A program made the position numbers and the translations under genes. Positions 51,976-64,000 of a stretch of 64,000 bases of DNA are shown here, piece after piece (position 1 is the first letter of the stretch; each line of letters opens with the position of its first letter). The notes beneath the pieces were generated by a model. The model was not told the DNA's origin. It did not search any database and worked only from the letters and a program-made list of their open reading frames with translations. This stretch comes from Octopus sinensis (Eukaryota): assembly GCF_006345805.1 (NCBI RefSeq), contig NC_043006.1:21638001-21702000 (forward strand). Reading direction: 5' to 3'.

Positions 51976-53126
51976 TCTAACTTTCCTGTCAATATACAAA
52001 GTTTATATAGCGGAGTTGAAGCCGATAAAGATTGACATTACTACTTTATTCGGGACTTATTTCATCGACCGTAGGCGTCTTCAGCCACACAATATGACCG
52101 AAAGATGAAGTTTGCTTTACAACCATGAAGACCTGGGATCGATTCTATGACGTGTATCTGTGGAGAATCATTTTCTATAGTGTCGAGTCTATCCATACTT
52201 GTAAGTGAAATCAAACTGTAGAAAACTGTATATAAGCCATTCAGGTGGATTGTACTTGCAGTTCAAAAGTTAAAGCCTTGTTACACGTTGCACTTCGTTG
52301 GTTCTAACAAGGAATCACGTTAAGAGTGCTTGTATCTTTAGAATAGTCGGCCACTTACACGTTAATTCAATGGGCATGTAATTCAATTGTTCGAACAACC
52401 GAATCCTCGTCGTCGAATGACGGAAGTTTACCATTTCATCCACATCTACTTAGGAAGAAGGCAAAGTAAACTTCGGCAACATGTGAACTCACAACACAAA
52501 ATATGTACCGTGATACCACTAGAGATTTTGTCTGGAGCACTACTGATTTTGCAGGCCATTATTTTGCTTTTCAGCTGAATTGAAAGCTAATAAGATATTG
52601 ATAAAATAATACACATATATTTTCAACGAATAATCTGGTAGAGAAAAACATGCGGAAGGCATCAATCAAGTGAATATTGCTCTATTAACAGTTAATGTGT
52701 CTAAAACCACAGGAATCACAGAAACTTATTGATCATATCTTAGCATCAACTAACAGAAACGTGGAGAAAATTTATTGAAACAACTCAGCAAATGAACTAA
52801 TGAATAAATATATGACAGCTAAATATTTAATTAATTGTTCACCTGCACTCACCTGTGTTTAGTTCCTTAGAATGTTTAGATAATATTGATTGAAACTAAA
52901 ACATACAAGGAAAGATTATGTTTAGAAAAAAGTTGCTGAAAAATGTATTTGCCTCCTTGGCGGTTGTCCATTATCTCACAATCAATCTATAAGTGGCAGT
53001 TAAGAATATTTATACAACTAAACTGTCATCTTTTTACCTATTCCACAGTTTTTCATGCAGACACTTTAATTAAAGTCATACAAATTTTTAGCACAAATGT
53101 TGTACCAACGCTCCAACTGTAAAAAA

Positions 53127-53510
53127 GGAAGCACTCCGTCGGTTACGACGATGAGGATTCCGGTTGATCCGAATCAACGGAACAGCCTGCTCGTGAAATT
53201 AACGTGTAAGTGGCTGAGCACTCCACAGACACGTGCACCCTTAACGTAGTTCTCGGGGATATTCAGCGTGACACAGAGAGTGACAAGGCCGGCCCTTTGA
53301 AATACAGGTACAACAGAAACAGGAAGTAAGAGTGAGAGAAAGTTGTGGTGAAAGAGTACAGCAGGGATCACCACCATCCCCTGCCGGAGCCTCGTGGAGC
53401 TTTAGGTGTTTTCGCTCAATAAACACTCACAACGCCCGGTCTGGGAATCGAAACCGCGATCCTATGACCGCGAGTCCGCTGCCCTAACCACTGGGCGATT
53501 GCGCCTCCAC
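53127..53510 (-). mobile_element. SINE, family A head, tail type 2, 12-bp TSD
   Basis: GCTCCAACTGTA at 53110-53121 and 53511-53522. Confidence 0.92.
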
Positions 53511-54004
53511 GCTCCAACTGTATATTTGTCGCGTATATGGAAACACGTTCGCTCTTCTTCAAGTTTCATTGTCCCAACAGTATATTTTTCAAATTCAATG
53601 AAGCAAAAATTCGTGTCAAAATTTCATTTCTCTAACAAAGAATTTACTATATTCGTGAAAAATTATAGTCTCTTGGAAAAAATGATTTTACAAAATATTT
53701 CTTACAGTATGCGTACTGGCGGGAACAAAAAAAATAATAACTTTGTACAGTGACACATTATATTTTAGTGACAGAAATGATGGGGAAAGGAGACGCCCAC
53801 AAGAAAAAATAATTCTTATACTCTAGTAACATTTATTTTGTCAACGCTGGGTACATGGAAAATATCATCACTCTTGAATTTAAATTGAGAATCTGAAGTG
53901 AATAACTATTAATTTTAGCCTTTGATATTAACAATTAATGATGGAAACAATTAATTTAAGAAACACTTAATGAAGCAGATAATTCATGCTAGAAGGAAAT
54001 AAAG

Positions 54005-54610
54005 GGATCTTTACCTTTTCACCGACAAATTTAAAAAATAATTTTTCGTTACTTTCAAACTTCGTAGAATATGTCATATAAAACATCTTTTATTCTAGCG
54101 TTTTTGAGAAGTTATTTCACGTTAAAGTAGTCGTATTTCAGTAATTTCAACCAATCAATGACGTGTATTCAGCTGAATAAGATTACTGCCGTTGCTTGTC
54201 AACAACTATTGGCGGTGTATATTTCGTTTGTCACTGTTATTTATGACATCGTTCGTGCGTTTGTACTGGTTTTAACTTTAAGGTTTTAGGGTTAGGGTTA
54301 GGGCTAGGGTTAAGGTTTTAGGGTTAGGTTTGTCATAAATAACAGTGCCAAACGAAATATACACTCCCGGAAGTTCTTGTTGACAAGCAACAGCAGTAAT
54401 TTTATTCAGCTAAATATACGTCATTGATTGGTTGAAATTACCGAAAAATGACAACTTTAAAGTGAAATAACTTCCTAAATATAAGCTTTTCTCAAAAACG
54501 CTAAGAGTAAAAGATGTTTTATATGACACATTCAACCAGTGTCCGAAGTTTGAAAGGGATTAGTTACAGAAAATTATTTTTTAAATCTGTCGGTCAAAAG
54601 GTAAAGATCC
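54005..54610. mobile_element. Palindromic MITE-like element with long TIRs and a central TTAGGG-like tract
   Basis: GGATCTTTACCTTT... / ...AAAGGTAAAGATCC ends. Arms about 240 bp. TTAGGGTTAGGGTTAGGGCTAGGG in the centre. Confidence 0.85.
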
Positions 54611-54899
54611 AAATAAGGATTTCTTTTGTCGACCCAAAACCACAAATTTATAAGGATGAGCTAATTTGATGTATTGAGTTCTTCGAACGTTGTTTATATT
54701 AGGAAAGCAGTGGATTGATAGAATCTTTCGTCGACGCTACGTTTTATGTTCAAATTCCACTGAAGTTGACTTTGCCTTTCATCCTTTCGGGATCGATAAA
54801 TTAAGCACCGGTTGAGTATTGAGGTCTATGTAATCGACTAGTGCGTTCTTGCCAAATTTCAAGCCTTACGTCTATAGTAGAAAGGATGATTATTATTAT

Positions 54900-55670
54900 T
54901 GTTCAGTAATCCTATTTTTATCACATACTTTCACTGCACTAGCTCTGTCTTGACTATGTTCTGTGGTTTGTTGTGGTGCCCTTATTTTTACTGTATTGAA
55001 AGTGCTTTACGTAGGATGTGTGCGGTGCTTAGTAGTGCTATTTTCTGTATGTTATATACATTCGTAAGTCCTGGTGTTTTGGCTATGTAGTTGTCGGAAT
55101 GATTTTTAATCATACCTAATGCACCTGTTATTATAGGGGTTGTTTCTGTTTTTAGGCTCCAAAATAGGGTTACCTCTATTTCCAGATCTTTGTATTTGAG
55201 AGTTTCTCCGTTTCTTTTAGAGATACATTGTCATCTGTTAACATTGATACATCGATTAGAAGGCGCTGTTTTTCTTAGCGATTTCTGATAACTATATCCG
55301 GTTTATTAGCTTTGATTTCTCCATCTGTATGAATTGGCGTATCCCAGAATATGGTTACTTTCTCATTTTCTGAGACCTTTTCTGCGGTGTGCCTATACCA
55401 TCTTTTTCTGTTGTCATTCCATAGTGTTGGTATAGATTCCAGTGTATATAGGTCCCAACTCTGTCATGTCTGCGGATATATTCCTTCAGCCAGAGTAACC
55501 AGAGATATGATTTATTGTTTCCTCCCCACCACCACATATTCTGCAGTTACTTGTATTTTTCTTCATTATATGTTTCTGGTGATTTCTGATGGAGGAGGCT
55601 TTGACCTTGCGCTGCAATTAAAAATCCTTCTGTTCCTGCTTTGAGTCCTGAACTCCTCAGCTATTTCTGG
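54900..55670 (-). mobile_element. Dong/R4 5'-truncated copy (fourth)
   Basis: KCRICG-like region, YIRRHDRVGTYIHW, IQKIALLSTAHILRK; short (TAA)n at the 3' flank. Confidence 0.85.
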
Positions 55671-56062
55671 ATTTTACTTTATCTATTTTTATATGTTTAG
55701 CTTATCCCAATATTAGTTATGTAAGGGCTTTTCTTGCTATCATTTTATCATGATACAATTATTTATGTTCTGTTATTTCACAGATTTGGTGTCAGGCCCG
55801 GTTTAATTATGCTTCATATCAAATTACAACTCGTAATCTAGGATGAGAATTATTTTGCACCTTCTGCAGAAAAGTCACTTTCTTCTCTTCATGTCTCTTT
55901 TTACTTTATATTGAGGACTTTTGGGATACTTCTTGTTGAACATAACATTCATGTTTTCTGTACTGCACTGACACCTGGGTTAAGCTTTTTCACGGTTGGC
56001 TCTCCGATTTTCTTTTTGTTACTGTTCTCAAAATTCTAATAATAATCGGCCTTGTTAGCTTC

Positions 56063-56698
56063 TGTAACGGGAATAGTCTGCTTCTTGCACTTTTAGGGTG
56101 CAACTGGTGCTTTCTCTATTTCCGTTGCTTAAATTTCCAGATTCTACTAGTCAAGAACACAAACGCGACAGTAAAAATATATACTCTTTATTGTTCTTAT
56201 AACAGTAAGAAATAAGTGGTATATTTGGTTCCGCTTGGTATGGATGTGTCAGAGCTGAAACTTTAACGCTCGTAAGAATCTCACAAGTGCAACAGCAAAA
56301 CTGGGCTGGTCTTCTATGGCGTCCGTAGGGAGCGAAGATAATGGGGTCTGCAACAATGTCTGGTTGAAAGCCTTCTGGGGCGACTGCTACGTGTCCCTGT
56401 ACGCCTTGTAAGTCGGCTCTCCCCTGCCTATCAGCTAATGACACATCAGCAAATCCCTTTTTCCGGTCTTCGCGCATGCGCGAGAGGGTCCTTCCCTTCT
56501 GCCTCTACAGAAGGCTCCAAACTCCGCACACGCGAACTGAAATAGCGTCACTACACTTCTGTTTCAGGACTTGTGCATTTCCTACTTCAAGTCAGTCAAA
56601 TTTTCTATTTTTCGTTTCCCATTTCTTGTTACAATGGTACCAAATGGTTAAGCTACTTCGGTACAATACGTAGTCTCTTTTTGTTAAATACTGCAACA
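56063..56698 (-). mobile_element. Possible solo LTR
   Basis: TGT...ACA ends (TGTAAC at 56063, GCAACA at 56698), CpG-rich body, AATAAA on the minus strand near 56190. No matching TSD found. Confidence 0.35.
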
Positions 56699-57930
56699 TC
56701 CTGTTTGTAAAATTCTATTCTTCTTTTGGTTTATGTTGGAAAGTCCAAGAAAAACCATCATTCATCATTTTTGAAGGCTTGCATTTCAAAAGTATGCTTG
56801 CTTAGCTGCATTCCGAATCCAAATTCCACCGGAATCATCTTTGCCTCCCATCCTTTCTGGGTCGATAAAATTTGGTATCAGTCAAATACTAGGGTCAATG
56901 CAATTGACTAACCCCTTTATACTAAAATTACTGGTTTTATGCCAAAATTTTAAACTATTAAAAAAGCAGCGAACTGACAATCGTTACTGCACTGGATAAA
57001 AGTTCTCAGCGGCATTTCTTGTGGATATTTGCGTTCTGAGTTCAAATTCCACTGTGGTCATATTTGCATTTTTACTTTTGGAGTCGATAAAATAAACATC
57101 ATTTGAGCACTGGGGTCGATGTAATCGACTTCCTCTCCCCCTCAAAAATGCTAGCATTGTGCCAAAGTTAGAACTATTATTACTATTATTTCTATAAATT
57201 ATAGAATCGGTAGAACGCCAGGCACGAGTGTAATTAGTCACTTTATGATACGATTTCAACTTTATCGTTTAACCGTCGGAGGTGAATAATATATGCATCA
57301 GCCAAGAACTGGAGTCGATTATATCGACTGCATTACATCCACAGATTTACTTGGCTTTGTGCCAATGATAAAAGCTAATATTATGTGGGTGAACATACAT
57401 AGAATTCCATTAAAAAAAGACATTTATTGAGAAACCAATTAAAGGAGATTATAAAGAACTTTGTTAAAGAATTTGACAGATGTGATTTATCACTCTTACT
57501 CATGATAAAGTATCGCTAGCTAATGTAGTTGGGAAACAAAGGAGAAAATATGGGAGGTGTGGATAATATGTTAATGTGGTGTTGGGAAGTTTCTCTCACT
57601 CTCTCAAAATGACAGCGAAAAGGCATGTAATTTTTTTTTTTAAATGATTGGAAACGTGACAGATTTTCAAAATTTTATGTGGTTGTAAAAGATATGATGG
57701 CATTTTTCAATGTAGAGAAAATAAAAACTTCATGAAAAACACTAAAGCATAAAAGTTTTAAAATTTAACAAACATTAAAACTAAAAATTCCTGAAACTTC
57801 ATAGGAACCGACCACATTATTTAGCTCAGGTCGGTGAAGTAAACGAGATGGGAACAGTAAAGTCAGATATTGATTTGTTTTGTTTAGGAATAAAATAAAT
57901 ATGTGTGTGTGTGTGTCTGTGTGTGTGTTT

Positions 57931-57965
<35 letters not shown>

Positions 57966-58929
57966 GAGAGCATTGTGATAATTTGAATCTAACCCAAACC
58001 CATGGAAAGTTCCATATGTTAATTTATCTACTTTGACAAATCAAGGGGGAATTTGATGATAATAGACTTTGAACTCGGAATTAGAATGATGAAACTATAT
58101 ACCGAATTACACGAGCACTTAGCGTTGCTGTTTTTTTTCTTTCTTTTGTAACACAATTACAATATTTTAAAAGAAAGCGACTCCTAACAAAGTCTGTCAT
58201 TAAAGCCTATTTGTTCCGACATTGCTCTGAGTTCATATCCTTTCAAGATTAATTTTGTTCTTCATCCTTTCGGGGATGAGCAATGGATTTGCAGAACTGT
58301 TATAATGCCGTACCGCATGCTTTGTGGTATTAGCTCCTGGTCTTTACTTTCCGAGTTCAAATACGACCGTGACTTCCTTGGGTGGTTGACTTAAATCGTT
58401 GCCTGGTTTGACATTGCTACTTGACATCTTTAGTGGAGACAACTTCGCCGAAAGCATTCAGACTAAGTCTCCAGTTTGAGAATACCTTCCTCCCTATCTC
58501 ACTCCTTCACTCTGTTGGAGACCCTGTAAAGACTCATGGGAACTGCCATTCCTCGTGGCTAAAAAATGTAAACAAATCGAAAGCGTTATCTTAACGTGGT
58601 CTATGTGGCTGACACACCCAGTTCTTCCACAGTATAGGCATCGAAAACACAAAGAACGGATATACCTCTACTGTAAGATTGTTGTTATTCTATAACACTT
58701 ACAGAGAACAGTCAAATAATATTGTCATAGGCACAAACCCCGTATCAAGTTTGTAGTGTATATGGAACGGAAATGATGTTTCGACGATTGAATATAGTAG
58801 CAGCCATCGTAAAACACTAATATATCAGAATGGATTCAAACAACGATTAGAGTTATTTCACTTCCCGAATGTCACTCGGGTAAGAAGGTAGATGGAGGTA
58901 AGAAGAATTTTGGACGTCAATAATCTTTT

Positions 58930-59080
58930 CTACTCTAGGCACAAGGCCCGAAATTTAGGGGGAGGAAGCCAGTCAATTAGATCGACCCTAGTATGCAACT
59001 GGCACTTAATTTATCGACCCCGAAAGACAAAGTCGACCTCGGCAGGATTTGAACTCAGAACGTAAAGACAGACGAAATAC
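58930..59080 (-). mobile_element. 5'-truncated SINE, family D
   Basis: Begins GTATTTCGTCTG immediately after the RT fragment. Confidence 0.8.
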
Positions 59081-61330
59081 ATGGTCGACCCTATCAAAGG
59101 CTTTAGATTGGTCTAGATGCACCAATGCCCCACCTTTGCCAGAGTTGTCACCAACCCTCTCTATGGTATAGCGAATAAGATGGAGATTATCCTGAATGTT
59201 TCTGCCTGGGATGGCACATGTCTGTGCCTCCCCGACTATACCATTTGCGACACGCGCCAACCTTTTTGCTAAAACCTTGGCCAACATATTCGCTTCTGGG
59301 TTTAACTAGATGAAACTGTGGACCTTATCAGTTTTTCTAATTAAAACCCAATCTATATATGTTCTGGAATACCCGTCACTATTTGACCACGTCCAGTGTG
59401 GAGTGTTCGGATGTTCCAACCTACATCGATCTGCCAGTTGAAAGTGACTTAGCAGATCCCGAAAACCAGGGTTACATTTTCTATACATGTTCGAGCCAAC
59501 ACAATCTGTGCGTGCATCACAAATTGTGTTAAAGCCTCCTATCAATACTAGCGAATGCGACGTGGCCAGAAACTTGCCCAGGTCACGAAAATATTCCCTT
59601 TGCGTTGGGTGCATAAATTGCAACCAGCCTGATTGTCTTGCCACAAATGAAAGTCAGGTCAAGAACGACCAGCCTGCCTTCTAGATCAGAAAAAAAAACT
59701 TTTTCTCGGTTACCCGGTTTCTATTTAGTAGGACCATCACCCCACCCCCGCCACCTGCCCGACTTGGAGAAACGTATTTCTCGTAGCCGTTCAGGAGAGT
59801 GAGCAGATCTCTTGGCCCCTTATCTCGGGTTTCCGTTGCAAAATTACATCCAAATTTCTCGACCTGATGTCTAGGTCTAGGAAGCGCCCTTGCTTCCAAC
59901 TCGACATCAGACCACGCACATTTATACATGTGAATACATGTGACTTACCTTTTAGATCGAGGCGTCCTGTGGAGAGGGACTCTCCACCTTTTCTTGACTT
60001 AGGGTCGGAGGTGGCAAGCCTTCAAATATAGATTGATGAAAATCAAATCTCAATGATGAGACCGATTTTCTATACGTGTTACACAAGATATTATATGTTT
60101 ATTTTTTTGTGTCAACTTCGTAAAATTCATAATTTTCATATTTTTCTAATAGTTCAATTAGCCTAGTGGTTGATTTTTTCGTTTTTATATCACGCGTTAA
60201 GTCCTCGTTTTTGCTCTGTTGTGCAACTATTCCTCTATCCGTCTCCCCTCTGCCATCCTCGATCTGTCTCCATTGGCTGTCTTTTTTGGTCTCGGCTCGC
60301 TCTGCTTTTGCTGGTTCGAGCCTTCCATTTTCCTTTCGTTGTTTATTTTTCCTTCAGTTTCTTTCTCTCTCTCTCTTCCTCCTCACCGTCCGATCCTTCT
60401 TCACCTTCTGTACAATATTTTTAATGTGACCCAGTTGACCACATTGGAAATATCGGGGCTTACATCCCTCAACAAAAATATTCAGAACTTCCTCCCCTAC
60501 TTCTACTATTTCTGGGAGCTGTTCTAAAATTTTCTGCTCTGTCTGCAGTAGCAGATTGAGCGTTTGTCCAGTCCAATATGTATTCTCTGTGACGGTAGCC
60601 TGCAGGAAGTTTATATTATCCTCCCTGTTTTGCCAGGAGTACCACCATCAAGCACATAGGATTTACTCCGGGTGGAACTCTTGGTATTCTAACCTTAGAT
60701 GTTCTCATTCGCTTGTAAATTAGGATTAATAGTTTGTGTCTTCCGACTCTAATAATTTTACAGTGTTGTTGTGCCGTTTCTGCATTCTTGAACCTCACCA
60801 CGATCGTTCCAAACTTCTTCCCTCTGGCTAGGTATGTAATGTCCTGCCAGATGGGTTTTAAACATTTTTCAATTTTTAGCTCACATATCTTGTCAATCTT
60901 TCGAGCTTTTAAGCAGAATGTCTTAAAGATAATAATTTTCCTTTTTTCTTCCGTTAATTGTTCTTCTGGTATTTCCACTTTTACCACTCCATCTCGTACC
61001 GTTATCATTTCCTTGTATTTCAATAATTATTTTTTGTCAGTTGACAGCTGTCGTGTTCCACTACCAGCTGCTGACGCAAAACTTTTTCTTTATTTATTTT
61101 GAATGTTCCTTACTTCCGTGTTTCTTTTGGTACCGGTAACATTTTGTAATGCAGGGAATTCACTTTCTGAAACATCAGAAATGTTATCAAAAATTAAACT
61201 TTCTATCTTCCTCGCTTCCCGCTCGGTCGATGAATCTTCACCTGACGAAGACACACTTTTCGGCATCTTGCCGGCAATTAATGGTTTCCCCCACAGGGGA
61301 AAAACCACAAATAGCTTTCAAAAGAAAACT
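59081..61330 (-). mobile_element. Tx1/L1-clade LINE remnant: ORF1 with zinc knuckle, APE endonuclease, RT start
   Basis: ORF1 60616-61023 followed by FVEG.KPR..QCGQLGH. Endonuclease GGGVMVLL / LVLIGGFN / TWSNS..SRTYID. RT LAKVLAKRL...QTCAIPGRNIQDNL...LDQSKAFDRVDH. Confidence 0.88.
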
Positions 61331-61488
61331 ATAATACAATTTTTAAGCAATAAGTCCAACAATAGGCACAACAAGAGGTATAACGGTATAACAATTAACA
61401 GAAACTTACTTTACGAACACACTCCAACAATAAATTTTCAATAACAGACGAAATACCGCTGAGCATTTCGCCCGGCGTACTAACGTTT

Positions 61489-61724
61489 CTTATTTCTTTA
61501 CTGTCCACAAGGGGCTACACACAGAGGAGATAAACAAAGACAGACAACCGGATTGAGTCGATTATATAGACCCAAGTGCGTAACTGGTACTTATTTAATC
61601 GACCCCCAAAAGGATGAAAGGCAAAGTCGACCTCGGCGGAATTTGAACTCAGAACGTAGCGGCAGACGAAATACAGCTAAGCATTTCACCCGGTGTGCTA
61701 ACGTTTCTGCCAGCTCGCCGCCTT
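61489..61724 (-). mobile_element. Full SINE, family D (extra partial head at 61444-61488)
   Basis: Homology to 18722 and 27963. Confidence 0.88.
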
Positions 61725-62099
61725 TTGGTCCTCAATAATATTGTCTGACGAATGCAAATTCTGCCAATTTACCAACAAAGGTAAATATACGCGCGACATG
61801 AAAACTAAATCAACGGAGAACTGAGCGATAAGGAGATCATAACCTAGTTTAGTTGAAAATCATTAAAAGGATTTAAATGGCCTAAAATTCTGTCAAATGC
61901 CTAAAAGCCGCTTATTATCCATATATTTCAAAAACAAAAAAAAAACAAGGAAATGATAAGGAAATTTTTCTTTCAACGTGATGGAGCCCCATATGCTATA
62001 GAAGATGTACTTCGAATTGAACTCACAAAACTGAATTTCTGAAATGTGATATTCAAAGCTCTCAATACCGTAGAACACATATAGTACTATCTCAGTGGA

Positions 62100-62350
62100 T
62101 GGTTTTGAGCAACAACGTCGATAATTACATCAAATACAGAGCTTAAAGATGCAATGACTGAAGAATGGATAAACATGATCAGACTGTCACTGATAATTTA
62201 ATCAAATCCATGCCTAATCGAGTGAACGCCATATTAGTTAAACGACAGCCCACAAGACACTGGGGGAAAATTTCGTTCATTTTCGATAATTTTTCATGAT
62301 GTTATAAGTTAGATTAACGTTGCGTCCTATAACTCTGGCGTTTGTTGTAG
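62100..62350 (+). mobile_element. Tc1-like transposase C-terminal remnant
   Basis: TELKDAMTEEWIN / TDNLIKSMPNRVNAIL with a frameshift; resembles the Tc1 EEW...LI.SMP.R motif. Confidence 0.6.
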
Positions 62351-62397
62351 ACCACTGTATGAGTGTATACATACATACGTGTGTGTGTATGTATGTA

Positions 62398-62480
<83 letters not shown>

Positions 62481-62574
62481 TTATTTAATCAAGTATGTAC
62501 TATCCCCTTAATATGTCAATGAGCTGCTAACGCTACAAGCGACTTTCTGTATCAGTATGTGTATGTATATATAT

Positions 62575-62648
<74 letters not shown>

Positions 62649-62747
62649 CAAATGAATATATGAATATGGTACTTAATTTAGATGCACCAGAATTTTGTAT
62701 AGTGTTATCCATAAAAATCCGTGGGGTGATTATAATCAAAATAGCCA

Positions 62748-62875
62748 ACAAGAATGACTCCGGTAATTTGGTACGATCGTTTCGTACTACATCATTTTAT
62801 TAAATTTTATTTACAACATTTAATAAAATGATGTAGTACGAAACGATCATATCAAATTACCGGAGTCATTCTTGT
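62748..62875. repeat. 57-bp-arm inverted repeat, 14-nt spacer
   Basis: Arms 62748-62804 and 62819-62875 with two mismatches. Confidence 0.9.
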
Positions 62876-63604
62876 CGGTCATATATATATATGCATTACT
62901 TTATATAATTATGAATATAATCATAATTAGGGTTCAGCAAAAAAAAATTGCTTTGCCACATACCGAACTTTTAGAAATTGCAGCCAAAAAACTTAGCTAT
63001 TTCTTCTACTATAAGAATGTATAGACAATGTATACTCAAAAACAATTCACGTAGGCATAGAGAGAAAAATAACGAATGTTCACCCGGCATTTGATTACTT
63101 GTGGACGCGTTTCTGAGTTAGTTAGCTATAGAGATGTGAGAATTACATCTCTATTCCAACATTCTCGTCATCAGCACAAATATTTCAATAATTTTAAATT
63201 AGAGAGCACTGAAAAAGTTGAACATACCTATCTGACACAAGTAACATCAGAGAAACCATCTTCAACATCCAGTACTAACGAATTCAAAACATACGAATGA
63301 GGCTCCGTATTCTCCTTCGTCCACCTACGTGTGTTATAGAGCAACAAATTCCTACAGAAAAATATGTAGCTTATTATCAGGGAGAAAATTATATTACCAA
63401 TAAGTTTACCGTAAATGGTCCTTTTAACATGCTGAACACTACTTGGTAGAATTATTAATTACTAATTAATTAATTAATTTTACCCTTTATTATTATTATT
63501 GATAATATAATTTTCTCCTTGATAATAAACTACAGTTTTTTCTGTAGGAATATATGCATATGTAAGTATATATCATTTTATATAAATACGTATATATAAA
63601 ATAG

Positions 63605-63805
63605 GAATTAGAGATTAAACCACTATGATGCAACTCAAACAGTGATAGATATAAACCAATACATAAATAACAAATAATATATATAATTAATATAATATAA
63701 TATATATATATATATTAATTTTTTTATACATATTATTTGTTATTTATGTTTTGGTTTATGTCCAACACTGTTTGAGTTGCATCATAGTGGTTTTATCTCT
63801 AATTC
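63605..63805. repeat. About 80-bp-arm inverted repeat with TA-rich centre
   Basis: GAATTAGAGAT.AAACCACTATGATGCAACTCAAACAGTG / CACTGTTTGAGTTGCATCATAGTGGTTT.ATCTCTAATTC. Confidence 0.85.
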
Positions 63806-64000
63806 ATATCTTATATATTATACTGTGAAATTTGATTTAATACTAAATTGAATTTTTCCCTGTGATTTTGGAGTTAAACTCCCTAATATTATTATTATAA
63901 ATACGTGTGTATATATATATATATATATGAACTTTTAGCAGAAGCAGCAGAGTGACTCAAGGTCCGAGAGTTTCTTGCGTTGGCACTTAGTTTGATAAGT

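Overview
AT-rich, microsatellite-dense eukaryotic DNA. The repeat families, the (TA)n/(CA)n load and the SINE types suggest an octopus/cephalopod intron or intergenic region (inference). No intact host gene is supported; most ORF-track entries are translations of microsatellites or SINEs. The window is a mosaic of mobile-element relics. These are at least four tRNA-head SINE families in many copies, some with clear target-site duplications (TSDs); RTE/RTE-X, Dong/R4 and Tx1/L1 LINE fragments; a Gypsy pol remnant; mariner and Tc1 remnants; a non-autonomous Helitron; and several palindromic MITE-like elements. The main observations are: (i) hammerhead-ribozyme folds in two short (TA)n-associated elements (14423-14457 with an intact core, a 40821-40855 copy with U4C, and 16242-16288 between direct repeats); (ii) an RTE-X insertion with twin-priming-type 5' inversion and a 12-bp TSD (29657-30884); (iii) a SINE family with a recurrent internal breakpoint and 184-bp head-to-tail multimers; (iv) SINE head/tail module shuffling; (v) Dong/R4 copies stacked in (TAA)n arrays. 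All coordinates were read by eye and may be off by a few bases.
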